Virus record (IMG/VR): IMGVR_UViG_3300027759_000045
Span: 62,001-126,000 of that record
Direction: 5' to 3' (one strand)
DNA length: 64,000 nucleotides
The notes beneath the pieces are model-generated. The model was given only the letters and a program-made list of their open reading frames with translations. It did not search any database and was not told the DNA's origin. Positions within the stretch are counted from its first letter, which is position 1. Every line of letters starts with the position of its first letter. Shown here piece by piece: positions 54,196 through 64,000 of the stretch. The translations under genes and the position numbers were made by a program.

Positions 54196-54270
54196 GCCTG
54201 GATAGCTCAGGGGTAGAGCGTCTCCTTTACACGGAGAGGGTCCGCGGTTCGAAACCGTGTCCAGGTACCA
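54196..54270 (+). tRNA. tRNA-Val(TAC)
   Basis: TCTCC-TTTACAC-GGAGA. Confidence 0.93.
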
Positions 54271-54279
54271 AGTTAGTAT

Positions 54280-54353
54280 GCGGGGTTAGTTTAATGGCAA
54301 AACAGCAGATTTCCAATCTTCGGTCGAGAGTTCGATTCTCTCACTCCGCTCCA
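54280..54353 (+). tRNA. tRNA-Gly(TCC)
   Basis: loop TTTCCAA; U73. Confidence 0.92.
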
Positions 54354-54364
54354 TTATAAATAGT

Positions 54365-54712
54365 ATGTTAGCATTTAAAAAATCATTAAAGATTTATCTG
54401 TTTAAAGATAAACAGTCAGTTGATATCACAATACGTGTCACAGACAGTCATGCACACACGTATGCAATGTCTGCAGAACAGTTTGAATATCTACTAGATA
54501 ATTGGCTTGACAACAACGGTTGCTCTTTTACGACACCTAATCAGCATTGGTTTATTCATTACAAAACCACAACGCCCAGGCCCGAAAGTGCTCCAGCAAG
54601 TTATGTAAGAATATCAGTTAATCATCAACAATACAGAGTTGATCACAGCGACATGACGGATTTAGTAAAAGATTATTATTTTCAAAAAAATAACCAAATG
54701 TATTGGGATTAA
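54365..54712 (+). CDS. hypothetical protein, 115 aa
   Basis: ATG 2 nt after TATAAATA. Confidence 0.7.
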   Translation: MLAFKKSLKIYLFKDKQSVDITIRVTDSHAHTYAMSAEQFEYLLDNWLDNNGCSFTTPNQHWFIHYKTTTPRPESAPASYVRISVNHQQYRVDHSDMTDLVKDYYFQKNNQMYWD

Positions 54713-54717
54713 TCAAA

Positions 54718-54924
54718 ATGCAAATATCAAGAGCCGAACAAAGTGTTATAAAGTACAATCTAGAACAGTATCAACTAGATCAGACTCGTATGGACCGGCA
54801 ACGAGAACAAGATTACAGTAAAAAAATTGAAGAACGAAGACTTGATCAAATCATAGCAGAACGTGTGAGCAGAAATCTCCGACTAGACTTAGACAAAGGT
54901 CGACACATTGACATCGAGTGCTGA
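54718..54924 (+). CDS. hypothetical coiled-coil protein
   Basis: ORF filling the gap. Confidence 0.6.
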   Translation: MQISRAEQSVIKYNLEQYQLDQTRMDRQREQDYSKKIEERRLDQIIAERVSRNLRLDLDKGRHIDIEC

Positions 54925-54929
54925 CGTGC

Positions 54930-55415
54930 ATGGATGACTCAGATCACACAAACTCCGCCAAAGGTAGAACCAGTTTTGATATTGCTACAGGCAATACCCT
55001 GGTTCATTTTTTTAACCGCAATGTAACACCATATGCCACTGAATCCGGTGGCCCCAAGTTTGATCTAATTCCAGTTGAAAAACAAAAGGATATAATGATC
55101 AATCATGCTAGGATGTATGCCCAGCAAGAGTATGATCGTATTATGGAACTGGTCTCAGTATTAGAAAAACAAGCACAAGCGATCAAACGACGGCTTGACG
55201 TAACTGATGCTGTATATGCCGCAGAGTACCATTTTCAAATTGTCATGGGCAACTGCTATTGGTTGGTGTGGCACCGACGGCATGAGAAAAATCTGCTGGT
55301 GCTTAATGGACCCACGGATTGGAACACTGGTATTCCGGAAGATTATCAGTACATAATGCAGGTCAAGTACATGGGTGATCACACCTGGCAAGAAGTAATA
55401 CTTTCTGCTGATTGA
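54930..55415 (+). CDS. DUF2452-like hypothetical protein
   Basis: QAQAIKRRLDVTDAVYAAEYHF...G.CYWL; family call from recollection. Confidence 0.6.
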   Translation: MDDSDHTNSAKGRTSFDIATGNTLVHFFNRNVTPYATESGGPKFDLIPVEKQKDIMINHARMYAQQEYDRIMELVSVLEKQAQAIKRRLDVTDAVYAAEYHFQIVMGNCYWLVWHRRHEKNLLVLNGPTDWNTGIPEDYQYIMQVKYMGDHTWQEVILSAD

Positions 55416-55440
55416 CCAAATATACCCAAAATGTTATAAT
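55412..55440 (+). promoter_or_regulatory. sigma70 promoter
   Basis: TTGACC-N17-TATAAT. Confidence 0.85.
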
Positions 55441-55465
55441 ATTACATTAAAGAAAGGAGCACACA

Positions 55466-56068
55466 ATGCCAGCAGTATTTTTAACTAGCGACACACACTT
55501 TGGTCATGCCGGCGTGTGCCGATTCACAGAAGCAGACGGGATCACAAAGATTCGGCCATGGACTGATCCAGATGAAATGGATGAGGAAATGATAAAGCGT
55601 TGGAATGATCGTGTTCGGCCTAACGACAAGGTGTACCATTTAGGCGATGTTGTTATTAACCGCAAGAGTTTAAAAACATTACATCGGTTAAACGGAGACA
55701 AGGTGTTGATCCGCGGCAATCACGACATCTTCCGTGACGACGAATACAGAGAATACTTTCGCGAGTTGCGGGCGTACCATGTGATGAACGGAATGATCTT
55801 GAGTCATATTCCTGTGCATGAAGCCAGCTTGGGTCGGTTTGGTACTAACATACATGGGCACTTGCACACCAATCGTGTGAAACGGGCTCGTGGAGTCGAT
55901 GCTCGAACAGGCGCTGTGTTATACAGTGACGAGAACGATGTGCGGTATCATTGCGTATGCGTGGAGCAAACCGACTTTACTCCTATCTTGTTTGAAGATG
56001 CTATCAAACGCATCGAAGCAGAAGGCGGCACAGTGGGCTTTAAAAACGGCAATGGTCCTGCAATGTGA
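55466..56068 (+). CDS. calcineurin-like metallophosphoesterase
   Basis: SDTHFGH, HLGD, GNHD, SHIP, IHGHLH. Confidence 0.93.
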   Translation: MPAVFLTSDTHFGHAGVCRFTEADGITKIRPWTDPDEMDEEMIKRWNDRVRPNDKVYHLGDVVINRKSLKTLHRLNGDKVLIRGNHDIFRDDEYREYFRELRAYHVMNGMILSHIPVHEASLGRFGTNIHGHLHTNRVKRARGVDARTGAVLYSDENDVRYHCVCVEQTDFTPILFEDAIKRIEAEGGTVGFKNGNGPAM

Positions 56069-56102
56069 CTAGTCAAGGCCTAGTGCCTTGACTAGTCTTA
56101 AT
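56067..56102 (+). terminator. 13-bp hairpin, probable terminator
   Basis: GACTAGTCAAGGC-CTAGT-GCCTTGACTAGTC. Confidence 0.7.
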
Positions 56103-56222
56103 TTAATCAGCATACAAATTGGAAAAATGATTGCGGCGGCGCTGAGTAGGATTGGATCGATTGTAGAACGAGTAATTTTCATACAAATAGTTATGCACCA
56201 CTATATTTAAATAAATAGGTAT

Positions 56223-57143
56223 ATGAAATTATCAATCGATCCAAACGGCTGGGTGATTCATATCACCGATTTTGACATTTTTAATATTGATCCAGCAGAT
56301 GCCAACGTCTTAAAAAAACTGCCTTACATGAATTTGTTAGCAGTGATTCATAACAAAGAAAAGTTGACACTGGAACAATATCATCATTTTTCGCAACAGG
56401 TGTTTGAAGGCCTTAACAATGATCTTCCAGCCAAAGAGAAAGTGTTTATGGAAGGCACTAACAAAGAAGTGATTCGTGTTACTGGTCGTAGAGACGAAAC
56501 TGGAGAGATGTTGGGATTATTCGGTATGCCCGAACATTTGCCATGGCATTGCAACGAACCGGGTAGAACTGCTGAAGAAAGACCCGATGCTTTATGCTTG
56601 TATGCAGTTGAGCATACAGAAGGTAGTGCCACACTTTTTAGCAACAGCATAGCGGCATTAAAAGATTTGAGATCAGCAGATAATGCACCCAATGGTTTAC
56701 TTGAAAATTTAGATAAAATTTATTGCTATTACAATTATCAAGGCAGCACCGACAACGGACCAGGTGCGGTCGATGTGAATTATCAAGGTCGGGTAGGCTT
56801 TAACAAACTGGTTAATTCCAACAAGTCCGGACAGCAAGGGATACACTGGAGCCCAATGCAATATCCTAAATTTTACATAGATCAGCAACCCGTTTCTAAA
56901 CGTCAGCAAATTCAGTGGCATCATTTTTTATTAGAGTTTTTAACTCAGCCCAAATACTGCTATTCTCAAAATTGGGTCGATAACGAAATTATTATAAATT
57001 GTCAGTGGCTCAGCATGCATGCTAGAGATCCGTTTGAACACATTCAAGATCGATTGTTATGGAGAATCATGGGATACACTTCAAAGTTTGATTCTTCTGA
57101 TGTGGATATTTCAACTCTGGAAAAATATCCATGCGCCCTGTAA
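56223..57143 (+). CDS. TauD/TfdA-like dioxygenase
   Basis: PWHCN...YSQNWVDNEIII....MHAR...RLLWR. Confidence 0.78.
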   Translation: MKLSIDPNGWVIHITDFDIFNIDPADANVLKKLPYMNLLAVIHNKEKLTLEQYHHFSQQVFEGLNNDLPAKEKVFMEGTNKEVIRVTGRRDETGEMLGLFGMPEHLPWHCNEPGRTAEERPDALCLYAVEHTEGSATLFSNSIAALKDLRSADNAPNGLLENLDKIYCYYNYQGSTDNGPGAVDVNYQGRVGFNKLVNSNKSGQQGIHWSPMQYPKFYIDQQPVSKRQQIQWHHFLLEFLTQPKYCYSQNWVDNEIIINCQWLSMHARDPFEHIQDRLLWRIMGYTSKFDSSDVDISTLEKYPCAL

Positions 57144-57814
57144 TTTTTTTAGGAACAAGCACAAACTTAGAAGTTCCTTTGCGTATCTGCCAGCTAAGTA
57201 ATATACCAGTGGCCGGTATTGTCGATAGTGATTACTATGGAAACACTGACAAAAAAAATGGTGTAGAAATCATCGGCAGTGAACATTCATTTGATTTTGA
57301 TGCGGCCCGAGATCAATTTGATTTTTTCATTGGACAATCATACTCTACTCAAGATCAGAGGTCTAGAAAAAAGAGATTAGATTACATATCAATAATTAAC
57401 CACCATAATCTAAATTGTGCAACTCTGATCCATCCCGGTAGCGAAATATATGATGGGGTAGAAATAGGACCAGGTTGCTTGATTGGGTTTTGTGCCGGCA
57501 TTTCTCACCATGTTACCATTGGCGCTCACTCTCGTCTTGACAGTTTTTCAATAATCGGACACCATGTAGAAATAGGAGATAATTGTTATATAAACTCGTA
57601 TAGTATGATTTCTACTAATACCATTATCAAAGACAATGTATCGATCATGCCAGGCGCGGCAATTTTACGAACTGGAAAAAATCACACTGTTGTGGGCAAC
57701 GATGCAATTATTTATCCCAGAGTCACTGTTGCAAGAGATGTCGAACCCAGGGAAATAGTATCATTGGCAGGCAGCAATACAAGAAGAATTTATGGAGAAG
57801 TAATACGGTCATGA
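57131..57814 (+). CDS. hexapeptide-repeat acyltransferase (NeuD/PglD-like)
   Basis: ATLIHPGSEIYDGVEIGPG...IGHHVEIGDN left-handed beta-helix repeats. Confidence 0.85.
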   Translation: MRPVIFLGTSTNLEVPLRICQLSNIPVAGIVDSDYYGNTDKKNGVEIIGSEHSFDFDAARDQFDFFIGQSYSTQDQRSRKKRLDYISIINHHNLNCATLIHPGSEIYDGVEIGPGCLIGFCAGISHHVTIGAHSRLDSFSIIGHHVEIGDNCYINSYSMISTNTIIKDNVSIMPGAAILRTGKNHTVVGNDAIIYPRVTVARDVEPREIVSLAGSNTRRIYGEVIRS

Positions 57815-58707
57815 AAATAGAACTAGATAAAAATGGATGGACTTCGATCATTACCGGCATCGATTTACGTTCTGCTTCACAGCAAGAGATGAACACCATA
57901 GCTTGGTTAGCCGCTAAAGACACTGTGGTTGTAATTCGCAATCAACATCTTTTTCCAGGCGACGAAGTTGACATCTGTGAAAGAATTGGTGTGTGTGAGC
58001 AACTTGCGCTGCCGGATGCTCCGACTCAAGGCACAAAATTTGTAGAAGGCGGATGTGGGAAAATTGTTAGAGTCGGCGGGGGCAATCATCACGGCGGGGT
58101 GGCCGGAGTGTTTGAACATGTGAGTGACATGGATTGGCACAGTAATCGAACTGGCGACGAGGCTAGGGATCCGTTGATTTGGCTGTATGGCGTCAAAGAC
58201 TCACAAGGCAGTAGGACCAGTTGGATCAACAACATCATGAGCTATCAGGATCTTGACCAAGAGCTCAAAGAACAAATCAAAGATTTAAAACTAGTAATGG
58301 GGTTTGACGCAAAAGTAATCTCTGAAGACACTTACTCAATCACCGCTCGAGATTCAAATGCCATCAATAATAACTGGCATCCAAATTTAATACACACCAA
58401 TCAGGCCGGTGTCACAGGCATGTTTTTTTCGTTTTTGCAAATTCATCAGATTCTGGGATTTGACAAAGACAAAAGTGATGCTCTAATTCAAAAATTACGA
58501 CTACATGTTGAGCAAGAAAAATACACATATCACCATGACTGGCAAGATGGTGATATTGTGTTGAGTGAACAATGGTTAAGTATTCACAAAAGATGGCGCT
58601 GTGAAAATATTCAAAATCGAGTGGTGCATCGTATTGCTCTTAATTTTAATCACTGCGACATTTCTAGGACAGTAGCAAGAACACCAGAAGAATTTATAAA
58701 AATATAA
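57811..58707 (+). CDS. TauD/TfdA-like dioxygenase
   Basis: DWHSN...YHHDWQDGDIVL....IHKR...RVVHR. Confidence 0.8.
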   Translation: MKIELDKNGWTSIITGIDLRSASQQEMNTIAWLAAKDTVVVIRNQHLFPGDEVDICERIGVCEQLALPDAPTQGTKFVEGGCGKIVRVGGGNHHGGVAGVFEHVSDMDWHSNRTGDEARDPLIWLYGVKDSQGSRTSWINNIMSYQDLDQELKEQIKDLKLVMGFDAKVISEDTYSITARDSNAINNNWHPNLIHTNQAGVTGMFFSFLQIHQILGFDKDKSDALIQKLRLHVEQEKYTYHHDWQDGDIVLSEQWLSIHKRWRCENIQNRVVHRIALNFNHCDISRTVARTPEEFIKI

Positions 58708-58720
58708 TAAGGGATTTAAA

Positions 58721-59458
58721 ATGAAAAATCGAAAACAATTGCCTTGTTTTGGTTATCTTAAAGATCATGTGGTTGACATTGCTTCGTTGGCCAGTTACCT
58801 TGATGATCACAGTATACTGGATATACAGCAGTACAATGATATCAGGCTCAGTGCTGACAGTGACATGAAAACGTATATCAGCATCAATGAAGACTGTTAC
58901 AATAACTTTTTTAAAGATGCTGACGAACCCGGCTTGGAAAGTTTGAAATTTAGGCAAATAGCATTGACCAAATTTGACACCACCAAGGCTTTGCAAAACA
59001 ACAATACTTCTCCTGATACATTTTTTAATCGGCTAAAGCGACGAGATCCAAATCACAAAAATTATATACCGCATGCCGACGAATTGAATTATGGCGAGAG
59101 AAACGAACTAGTAGCAGGTGAACTTGCAAAAGTTTTAGATCTTTTCAAGTCACAACTTACCAGAGCAAGATTGACGTACATTGCAGCCGGGCATGATATA
59201 AAGCCTCATGTGGATCATGATCCAAGTTATGTAACTCGCTATCATATCCCAATCATTACTCATCCCGGTGTTATTATGCACATGGAACGCCAAGGCAAGC
59301 AATATTCCATGCACATGCCAGCAGATGGTAGAATTTATTTTTTCAACACTGGAGTAAAGCATTGGGTCACAAATCAATCCCCTGTTGACCGGCTGCACCT
59401 AATCATTGACGTACACGGTCAGTCAGAGTTGGAAAGTCTAGTGAGCTTAGACGAGTGA
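58721..59458 (+). CDS. Asp/Asn beta-hydroxylase-like oxygenase
   Basis: IKPHVD...RYHIPI...HWVTNQSPVDRLHLIID. Confidence 0.82.
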   Translation: MKNRKQLPCFGYLKDHVVDIASLASYLDDHSILDIQQYNDIRLSADSDMKTYISINEDCYNNFFKDADEPGLESLKFRQIALTKFDTTKALQNNNTSPDTFFNRLKRRDPNHKNYIPHADELNYGERNELVAGELAKVLDLFKSQLTRARLTYIAAGHDIKPHVDHDPSYVTRYHIPIITHPGVIMHMERQGKQYSMHMPADGRIYFFNTGVKHWVTNQSPVDRLHLIIDVHGQSELESLVSLDE

Positions 59459-59459
59459 T

Positions 59460-60200
59460 ATGAAATTAGTAATGGACAACCGTAATACCACCATTGCCTA
59501 CTACGCTGGGGCTTTGGGATTGGCATATGCTATGTTCAACTGGGATTGGAATCTGTTTGTGATGGCACTGGCCATCCACTTTGTGCTGATTTCAATATTC
59601 AGTGCTGTCACACATAGATATTTTTCTCATCGTGCGTTTGCTGCCAACCCGCATGTGATGTGGTGCTTGGCTGCCTTGACTGTTTGTTACTCATATGCCA
59701 GTCCTATAAATTGGTCGTATCTACATCTAGCACACCATAGGTACGCCAATACTGAAAAAGACTCACATATCAAGGGACTGCGTGGGTTTTTAACTGCCAG
59801 CTATAAACTGCCAGACAAAAAGTTTTTGGTTCCGGGCCGTTGGTTTTCTAATCAACAACATCTGTTTTTGCACAACAATGCTGTGTTGTTTGTATTGGGA
59901 TTTGGGTTGCTATCTGCTTTGGTATCTATGGACTTTTTTGTGTGGGGATATCTGTTGCCCATATTCTTTTTGCATTTTGGACAAGGCTTTCACAAAACGT
60001 TTAGCCACAACAAAGACAGCGCAACCAATCATTGGTGGCTGGAATTTGTTGTCCCAATGGGCGGCGAGTGGCTGCATCACAAGCATCACGACATTGCATC
60101 CGATGCTAAATTCAAAAACAAGTGGTACGAATTTGACGCAGGCTGGTTGATTGTAAAAATGCTAAAACAGGACGGGGTAAATGCAAACGCTGCTTCGTAA
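59460..60200 (+). CDS. membrane fatty-acid desaturase (delta-9 type)
   Basis: His boxes THRYFSH, HLAHH, LHHKHH; TM segments. Confidence 0.85.
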   Translation: MKLVMDNRNTTIAYYAGALGLAYAMFNWDWNLFVMALAIHFVLISIFSAVTHRYFSHRAFAANPHVMWCLAALTVCYSYASPINWSYLHLAHHRYANTEKDSHIKGLRGFLTASYKLPDKKFLVPGRWFSNQQHLFLHNNAVLFVLGFGLLSALVSMDFFVWGYLLPIFFLHFGQGFHKTFSHNKDSATNHWWLEFVVPMGGEWLHHKHHDIASDAKFKNKWYEFDAGWLIVKMLKQDGVNANAAS

Positions 60201-60930
60201 AATCCACTATTTCTTTTTTGTGCCTGTGATGCACATTGCGTTGCTGTTTGGCCTTTACAACACAAACTTTTGGTTGGTTGTTGCGTTGACTGTGCTGTTT
60301 TATTATCCTTTGCATAGTCTGGCCACAGTGATCGGCTACCATAAGCTACTGTCGCATCGGGCATTTGCACCCAAACCAGGTTTGGTCAAAACAGTGTCCT
60401 GGATGTCGATGTTGATGTTTTCTGGACAACCGCTGGCATGGGCAGCCACTCATCGGTTGCATCACAAATATTCTGACACTGATCAGGATCCGCACAGCCC
60501 AATTCATGGCAGACTTCATGCTTACTACACCTGGTTGGTGTCGTACAAAATGCCGGAGTCAGACAAGTTCATTGTCAAAGACCTGATCAAGGAACACCCT
60601 TGGATGTTGTCCATGTGGAAATACGAGAGTATTGCGCCTGCTGTGTTTTACGCTGTGTTGTTTGCCCTGAACACAACTCTGGCAACTGTGATACTGTTTG
60701 CGGCAATACTGTCGTTTCACAAAGGCATGTTGGTGAACATGATCAGTCACGATCCTTTGTTACCAGGACCAAACAAGTCCACGGATCGTGTTTGGTTGGC
60801 AAGATTACTATCTCCAACATTCTTGCACCGTGACCACCATCAGCACAGCAACAAATACGATTACACCAACAGTCAAGTGACTGACTACAGTGCGTGGTTT
60901 ATACAAGTATTTCTTGCCAAGAAAGTATAA
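60181..60930 (+). CDS. membrane fatty-acid desaturase (delta-9 type)
   Basis: GYHKLLSH, THRLHHKYSDT..DPHSP, LHRDHH. Confidence 0.88.
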   Translation: MQTLLRKIHYFFFVPVMHIALLFGLYNTNFWLVVALTVLFYYPLHSLATVIGYHKLLSHRAFAPKPGLVKTVSWMSMLMFSGQPLAWAATHRLHHKYSDTDQDPHSPIHGRLHAYYTWLVSYKMPESDKFIVKDLIKEHPWMLSMWKYESIAPAVFYAVLFALNTTLATVILFAAILSFHKGMLVNMISHDPLLPGPNKSTDRVWLARLLSPTFLHRDHHQHSNKYDYTNSQVTDYSAWFIQVFLAKKV

Positions 60931-60932
60931 CG

Positions 60933-60957
60933 CAAACTGATTAATGATCAGTTTGTT
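60933..60957 (+). terminator. hairpin, probable terminator
   Basis: CAAACTGAT-TAATG-ATCAGTTTG. Confidence 0.55.
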
Positions 60958-61058
60958 GACAATCTTGGCAAAGAACCAGTTGATAAATGGCCCTACAATG
61001 TAGTGTTGCGTAAAAACAACACTATATTCTGCTTAAAAAATAGACACTTTTTGCCCGG

Positions 61059-61087
61059 TTGACCCATAATTCCCATTTTGCTATAAT
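61059..61087 (+). promoter_or_regulatory. sigma70 promoter
   Basis: TTGACC-N17-TATAAT; TAGTGTTG/CAACACTA inverted repeat upstream. Confidence 0.85.
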
Positions 61088-61118
61088 ACTTGTATTGTAA
61101 CTTAATTAGGAGCCAACT

Positions 61119-61508
61119 ATGCATACATACACAAAACAAGAACGCCTCAGCGATATCGACACTAACGACATTGGTGAACACATTGAAGACTTTGGTAACG
61201 AAACGCTAAACAAGGCGTTTGGCAAGTTCTGCATTATGGACGACGAAATGGCTCTCCACAATGTGCTGACAGACGAGATGGGCTACGATGATGACGAGGT
61301 AGACTCCAGCCACGTAGACATTGTGCAAAAAACAGTGGAAGAAACTCTTAAACAAGTTAACCTTGTGTTTAAGAACTTGGGCATTGCTTTGGAGTTTAAA
61401 GAAGCAGACATGGTGGAGTACACTGCCTACATGCTCACAGGCAAAGGCGACACAGAAGAAGACATGGGTGTACGCATCCGTAGGCTGGTTGACGGAAAAA
61501 CAGTTTAA
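61119..61508 (+). CDS. hypothetical acidic protein, 129 aa
   Basis: AGGAG RBS. Confidence 0.8.
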   Translation: MHTYTKQERLSDIDTNDIGEHIEDFGNETLNKAFGKFCIMDDEMALHNVLTDEMGYDDDEVDSSHVDIVQKTVEETLKQVNLVFKNLGIALEFKEADMVEYTAYMLTGKGDTEEDMGVRIRRLVDGKTV

Positions 61509-61543
61509 CAGTATAATACATACATTAGCAACAAGGAAGCACT

Positions 61544-62629
61544 ATGTCAGATACCCGTACCGTTACCTCTACGCAGGCTCGCAAGAGTTTGTTAAAAGCA
61601 TTTAAAGTTAAACGCCCGCTGTTCCTTTGGGGTCCTCCCGGTATCGGTAAAAGTGAACTGGTAGAGGAACTTGCAAACGAACTAGGCGGTATCATGTACG
61701 ACTGCCGACTGGGACAGATGGAGCCCACAGACATTCGAGGCATTCCTTTTTACAATAAAGAAATCGGCAAGATGGACTGGGCACCTCCGATCGACTTGCC
61801 GGACGAGGAAACTGCCAGCCAGTATCCTATTGTAGTCTTGTTCTTAGACGAGATGAACAGTGCCGCAGGCAATGTACAGGCTGCCGCTTACCAACTTATT
61901 TTGAACCGTCGTGTAGGCAAGTATAAACTGCCGGACAATGTTGTTATGGTGGCCGCTGGCAACAGAGAAAGCGACAAAGGCGTTACCTATCGCATGCCTA
62001 CTCCGCTTGCCAATCGTTTCATCCACCAAGAGATGAAAGTGGACTTTGCCAGTTACCAGGCCTGGGCTGTTCAGCACAACATCCACAAAGACGTTGTGGG
62101 CTATTTGAGCTTTGCCAAACAGGACCTGTACGACTTTGACGCCAAGAGTGCCAGCCGTGCCTTTGCTACTCCGCGCTCGTGGACTTTTGTGAGCCAGTTG
62201 TTGGATGACGAGGACACAGACAACGACACATTGACCAACTTAATTGCCGGTACAATTGGCGAAGGTCTTGCTGTTAAATTTATGGCTCATCGTAAGATCA
62301 GTTCTAAACTGCCCAAGCCCGAGGACATTTTGTCAGGCAAGGTAACCGACCTGTCTGTTAAAGAAGTCAGTGCCATGTACAGTTTGGTTATCTCCATGTG
62401 CTATGAGCTCAAAGATGCAGTGGCCCGTAAAGTGCCAGACAAAGAGTTTCATAACATGTCCGACAACTTCCTGGGCTACATGATGAAGAACTTTGAGACA
62501 GAACTAGTTGTTATGGGTGCTCGTATTGCTCTTACCACGTACGACCTGCCATTCCAGCCTACCAAGCTGAAGAACTTTGACGAGTTCCATCAAAAGTACG
62601 GCAAGTACATTTTGCAAGCCAGATCTTAA
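61544..62629 (+). CDS. MoxR-like AAA+ ATPase
   Basis: Walker A GPPGIGKS, Walker B LFLDEMN, AAGN, PLANRF. Confidence 0.92.
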   Translation: MSDTRTVTSTQARKSLLKAFKVKRPLFLWGPPGIGKSELVEELANELGGIMYDCRLGQMEPTDIRGIPFYNKEIGKMDWAPPIDLPDEETASQYPIVVLFLDEMNSAAGNVQAAAYQLILNRRVGKYKLPDNVVMVAAGNRESDKGVTYRMPTPLANRFIHQEMKVDFASYQAWAVQHNIHKDVVGYLSFAKQDLYDFDAKSASRAFATPRSWTFVSQLLDDEDTDNDTLTNLIAGTIGEGLAVKFMAHRKISSKLPKPEDILSGKVTDLSVKEVSAMYSLVISMCYELKDAVARKVPDKEFHNMSDNFLGYMMKNFETELVVMGARIALTTYDLPFQPTKLKNFDEFHQKYGKYILQARS

Positions 62630-62641
62630 TTAAGGAATTGT

Positions 62642-63949
62642 ATGAGCGCCAAAAAAGGTACCACCGCAGATTCTAAAGACAGCGACAAGTTTAAAGATCT
62701 CATTGGTAAAATGGATCCCAAACTGGATCGAGAAGTACGAGAAATCTTGACCACTGCTCGTGTGGGCCTGTTGCTAAAGGCCAGTTTCTTTGGTAACTTG
62801 GCAACTCGTTTAAAACTGGTCAACGCAGACGAGTGGTGTCCTACTGCCGCAACAGATGGACGTAATTTCTATTATAACTGTAAGTTTATTAAACTGCTCC
62901 GTCCCAAAGAAGTAGAATTCCTGTTTGGACACGAAGTGTTGCATTGTGTATATGACCACTTTGGACGTTGCGGAGAACGAGATCCCATGTTGTGGAATAT
63001 TGCAGACGACTATTGTGTAAATGGTGACTTGAAGAAGCACGGTGTCGGCGAGTTTATCACCAGTGTGCCTTGTTTATACGACAAAAAATATGAAGGTCTC
63101 TGCGCCGAGGAAGTGTACGATATCCTGTATGAGAAAGCAGACAAGATCGACATTGGCAAGTTGATGGACCAGATGATTGACGAGCACCTGGATGGCGAAG
63201 GCGATGACGACAGTGGCGGTTCAGGTGAGGAAGGTGAAGACGGAGACAAAAAAGGCAAGGGTCGTCCTAAACTGAGTGCCGAGGATCGTCAACAGATCAA
63301 GGACGAGATTAAAGAAGCTATGTTGTCGGCTGTGGCCGCAGATGCAGATGGCGCAGGCAACTTGCCCGCAGGCGTTCGTCGTATCTTAAAGGACTTGACA
63401 GAGCCCAAGATGAACTGGCGCGAACTGCTCCGCATGCAGTTAGAAAGCACTATTAAGAGTGACTATACCTGGATGAAAACCGGCCGTAAAGGCTGGGACA
63501 TGGATGCCATCATGCCCGGCATGAAGCTGGAGCCCATGATCGATATTGCAGTGGCAATTGACACGTCTGGATCCATTGGTGAAGCCATGTTGAAGGACTT
63601 CTTAAGTGAGATCCAAGGCATTATGGAATCGTTTCCAGCATACAAGATCCATGTTGTTAGCTTTGATACAGAAACTTATAATCCTGTGCAATACGATAGT
63701 GACAACTTGGACACAATCTGTGACTACGAGCCAGCAGGTGGCGGTGGCACAGATTTTGATTGTGTGTACCAGTATTTAAAACACAACGAGATTGAGCCCA
63801 AACGCTTGGTCATGTTCACAGACGGATACCCATATGGTAGCTGGGGCGACGAGAACTATACAGAAACTGTGTTCATCTTGCATGGTACTAGAACTATTGT
63901 TCCTCCATTCGGGCAATATGCCTACTACGGTGAAGAAGAAGAAAATTGA
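62642..63949 (+). CDS. metallopeptidase-like plus vWA domain protein (DUF2201 type)
   Basis: TAATDG, HEVLH, acidic linker, AIDTSGSI, GGGGTDF, FTDGY. Confidence 0.88.
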   Translation: MSAKKGTTADSKDSDKFKDLIGKMDPKLDREVREILTTARVGLLLKASFFGNLATRLKLVNADEWCPTAATDGRNFYYNCKFIKLLRPKEVEFLFGHEVLHCVYDHFGRCGERDPMLWNIADDYCVNGDLKKHGVGEFITSVPCLYDKKYEGLCAEEVYDILYEKADKIDIGKLMDQMIDEHLDGEGDDDSGGSGEEGEDGDKKGKGRPKLSAEDRQQIKDEIKEAMLSAVAADADGAGNLPAGVRRILKDLTEPKMNWRELLRMQLESTIKSDYTWMKTGRKGWDMDAIMPGMKLEPMIDIAVAIDTSGSIGEAMLKDFLSEIQGIMESFPAYKIHVVSFDTETYNPVQYDSDNLDTICDYEPAGGGGTDFDCVYQYLKHNEIEPKRLVMFTDGYPYGSWGDENYTETVFILHGTRTIVPPFGQYAYYGEEEEN

Positions 63950-64000
63950 GGAGTGCCAGAAATGATTGTTGTATTATTAATTACATTAGCAGTAGTGGTG

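Overview
A 64-kb segment of a large lytic dsDNA phage of broad T4-like type. The evidence is a gp43-like family B polymerase, a probable sliding clamp, an RNase H/5'-3' exonuclease, sigma70 promoters plus a recurrent TAAATA/TATAAATA late-promoter-like motif, and very dense genes. The host is probably a Gram-negative proteobacterium (outer-membrane beta-barrel, lipoprotein, 7Fe ferredoxin, two-piece tmRNA). Long ORFs read in genetic code 11. I found no rRNA, CRISPR array or transposase. Layout: (1) 1-10.5 kb: Dps, acidic probably virion-associated proteins, a deaminase, radical SAM and 2OG-Fe(II) enzymes. (2) 10.5-15.3 kb: replication genes. (3) 15.4-33 kb: a dispersed 7-deazaguanine DNA-modification pathway (DpdA/TGT-like, DpdL-like, FolE, QueD, QueE; no QueC seen) interleaved with glycosyltransferases, nucleotide-sugar enzymes, ferredoxin and MetK. 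(4) 33-40 kb: RNase H, MazG-like and GT10-like genes. (5) 40.1-54.4 kb: an RNA-gene region with 27 intact tRNAs covering all 20 amino acids, a permuted tmRNA, several unexplained structured RNAs and inserted cargo genes (PbpG-like, MtnN, AhpC/AhpD, YccA, OMP). (6) 54-64 kb: a TauD/acyltransferase/desaturase cassette and an AAA+/vWA pair. The most striking observation is at the head of the tRNA region. A promoter is followed by a 46-codon leader ORF that uses all 20 amino acids in its first 37 codons, and then by mutually exclusive antiterminator and terminator helices. This looks like a ribosome-coupled attenuator that could sense loss of any tRNA or amino acid. All analysis was by eye: no database or folding program was run, so family names and RNA structures need confirmation.
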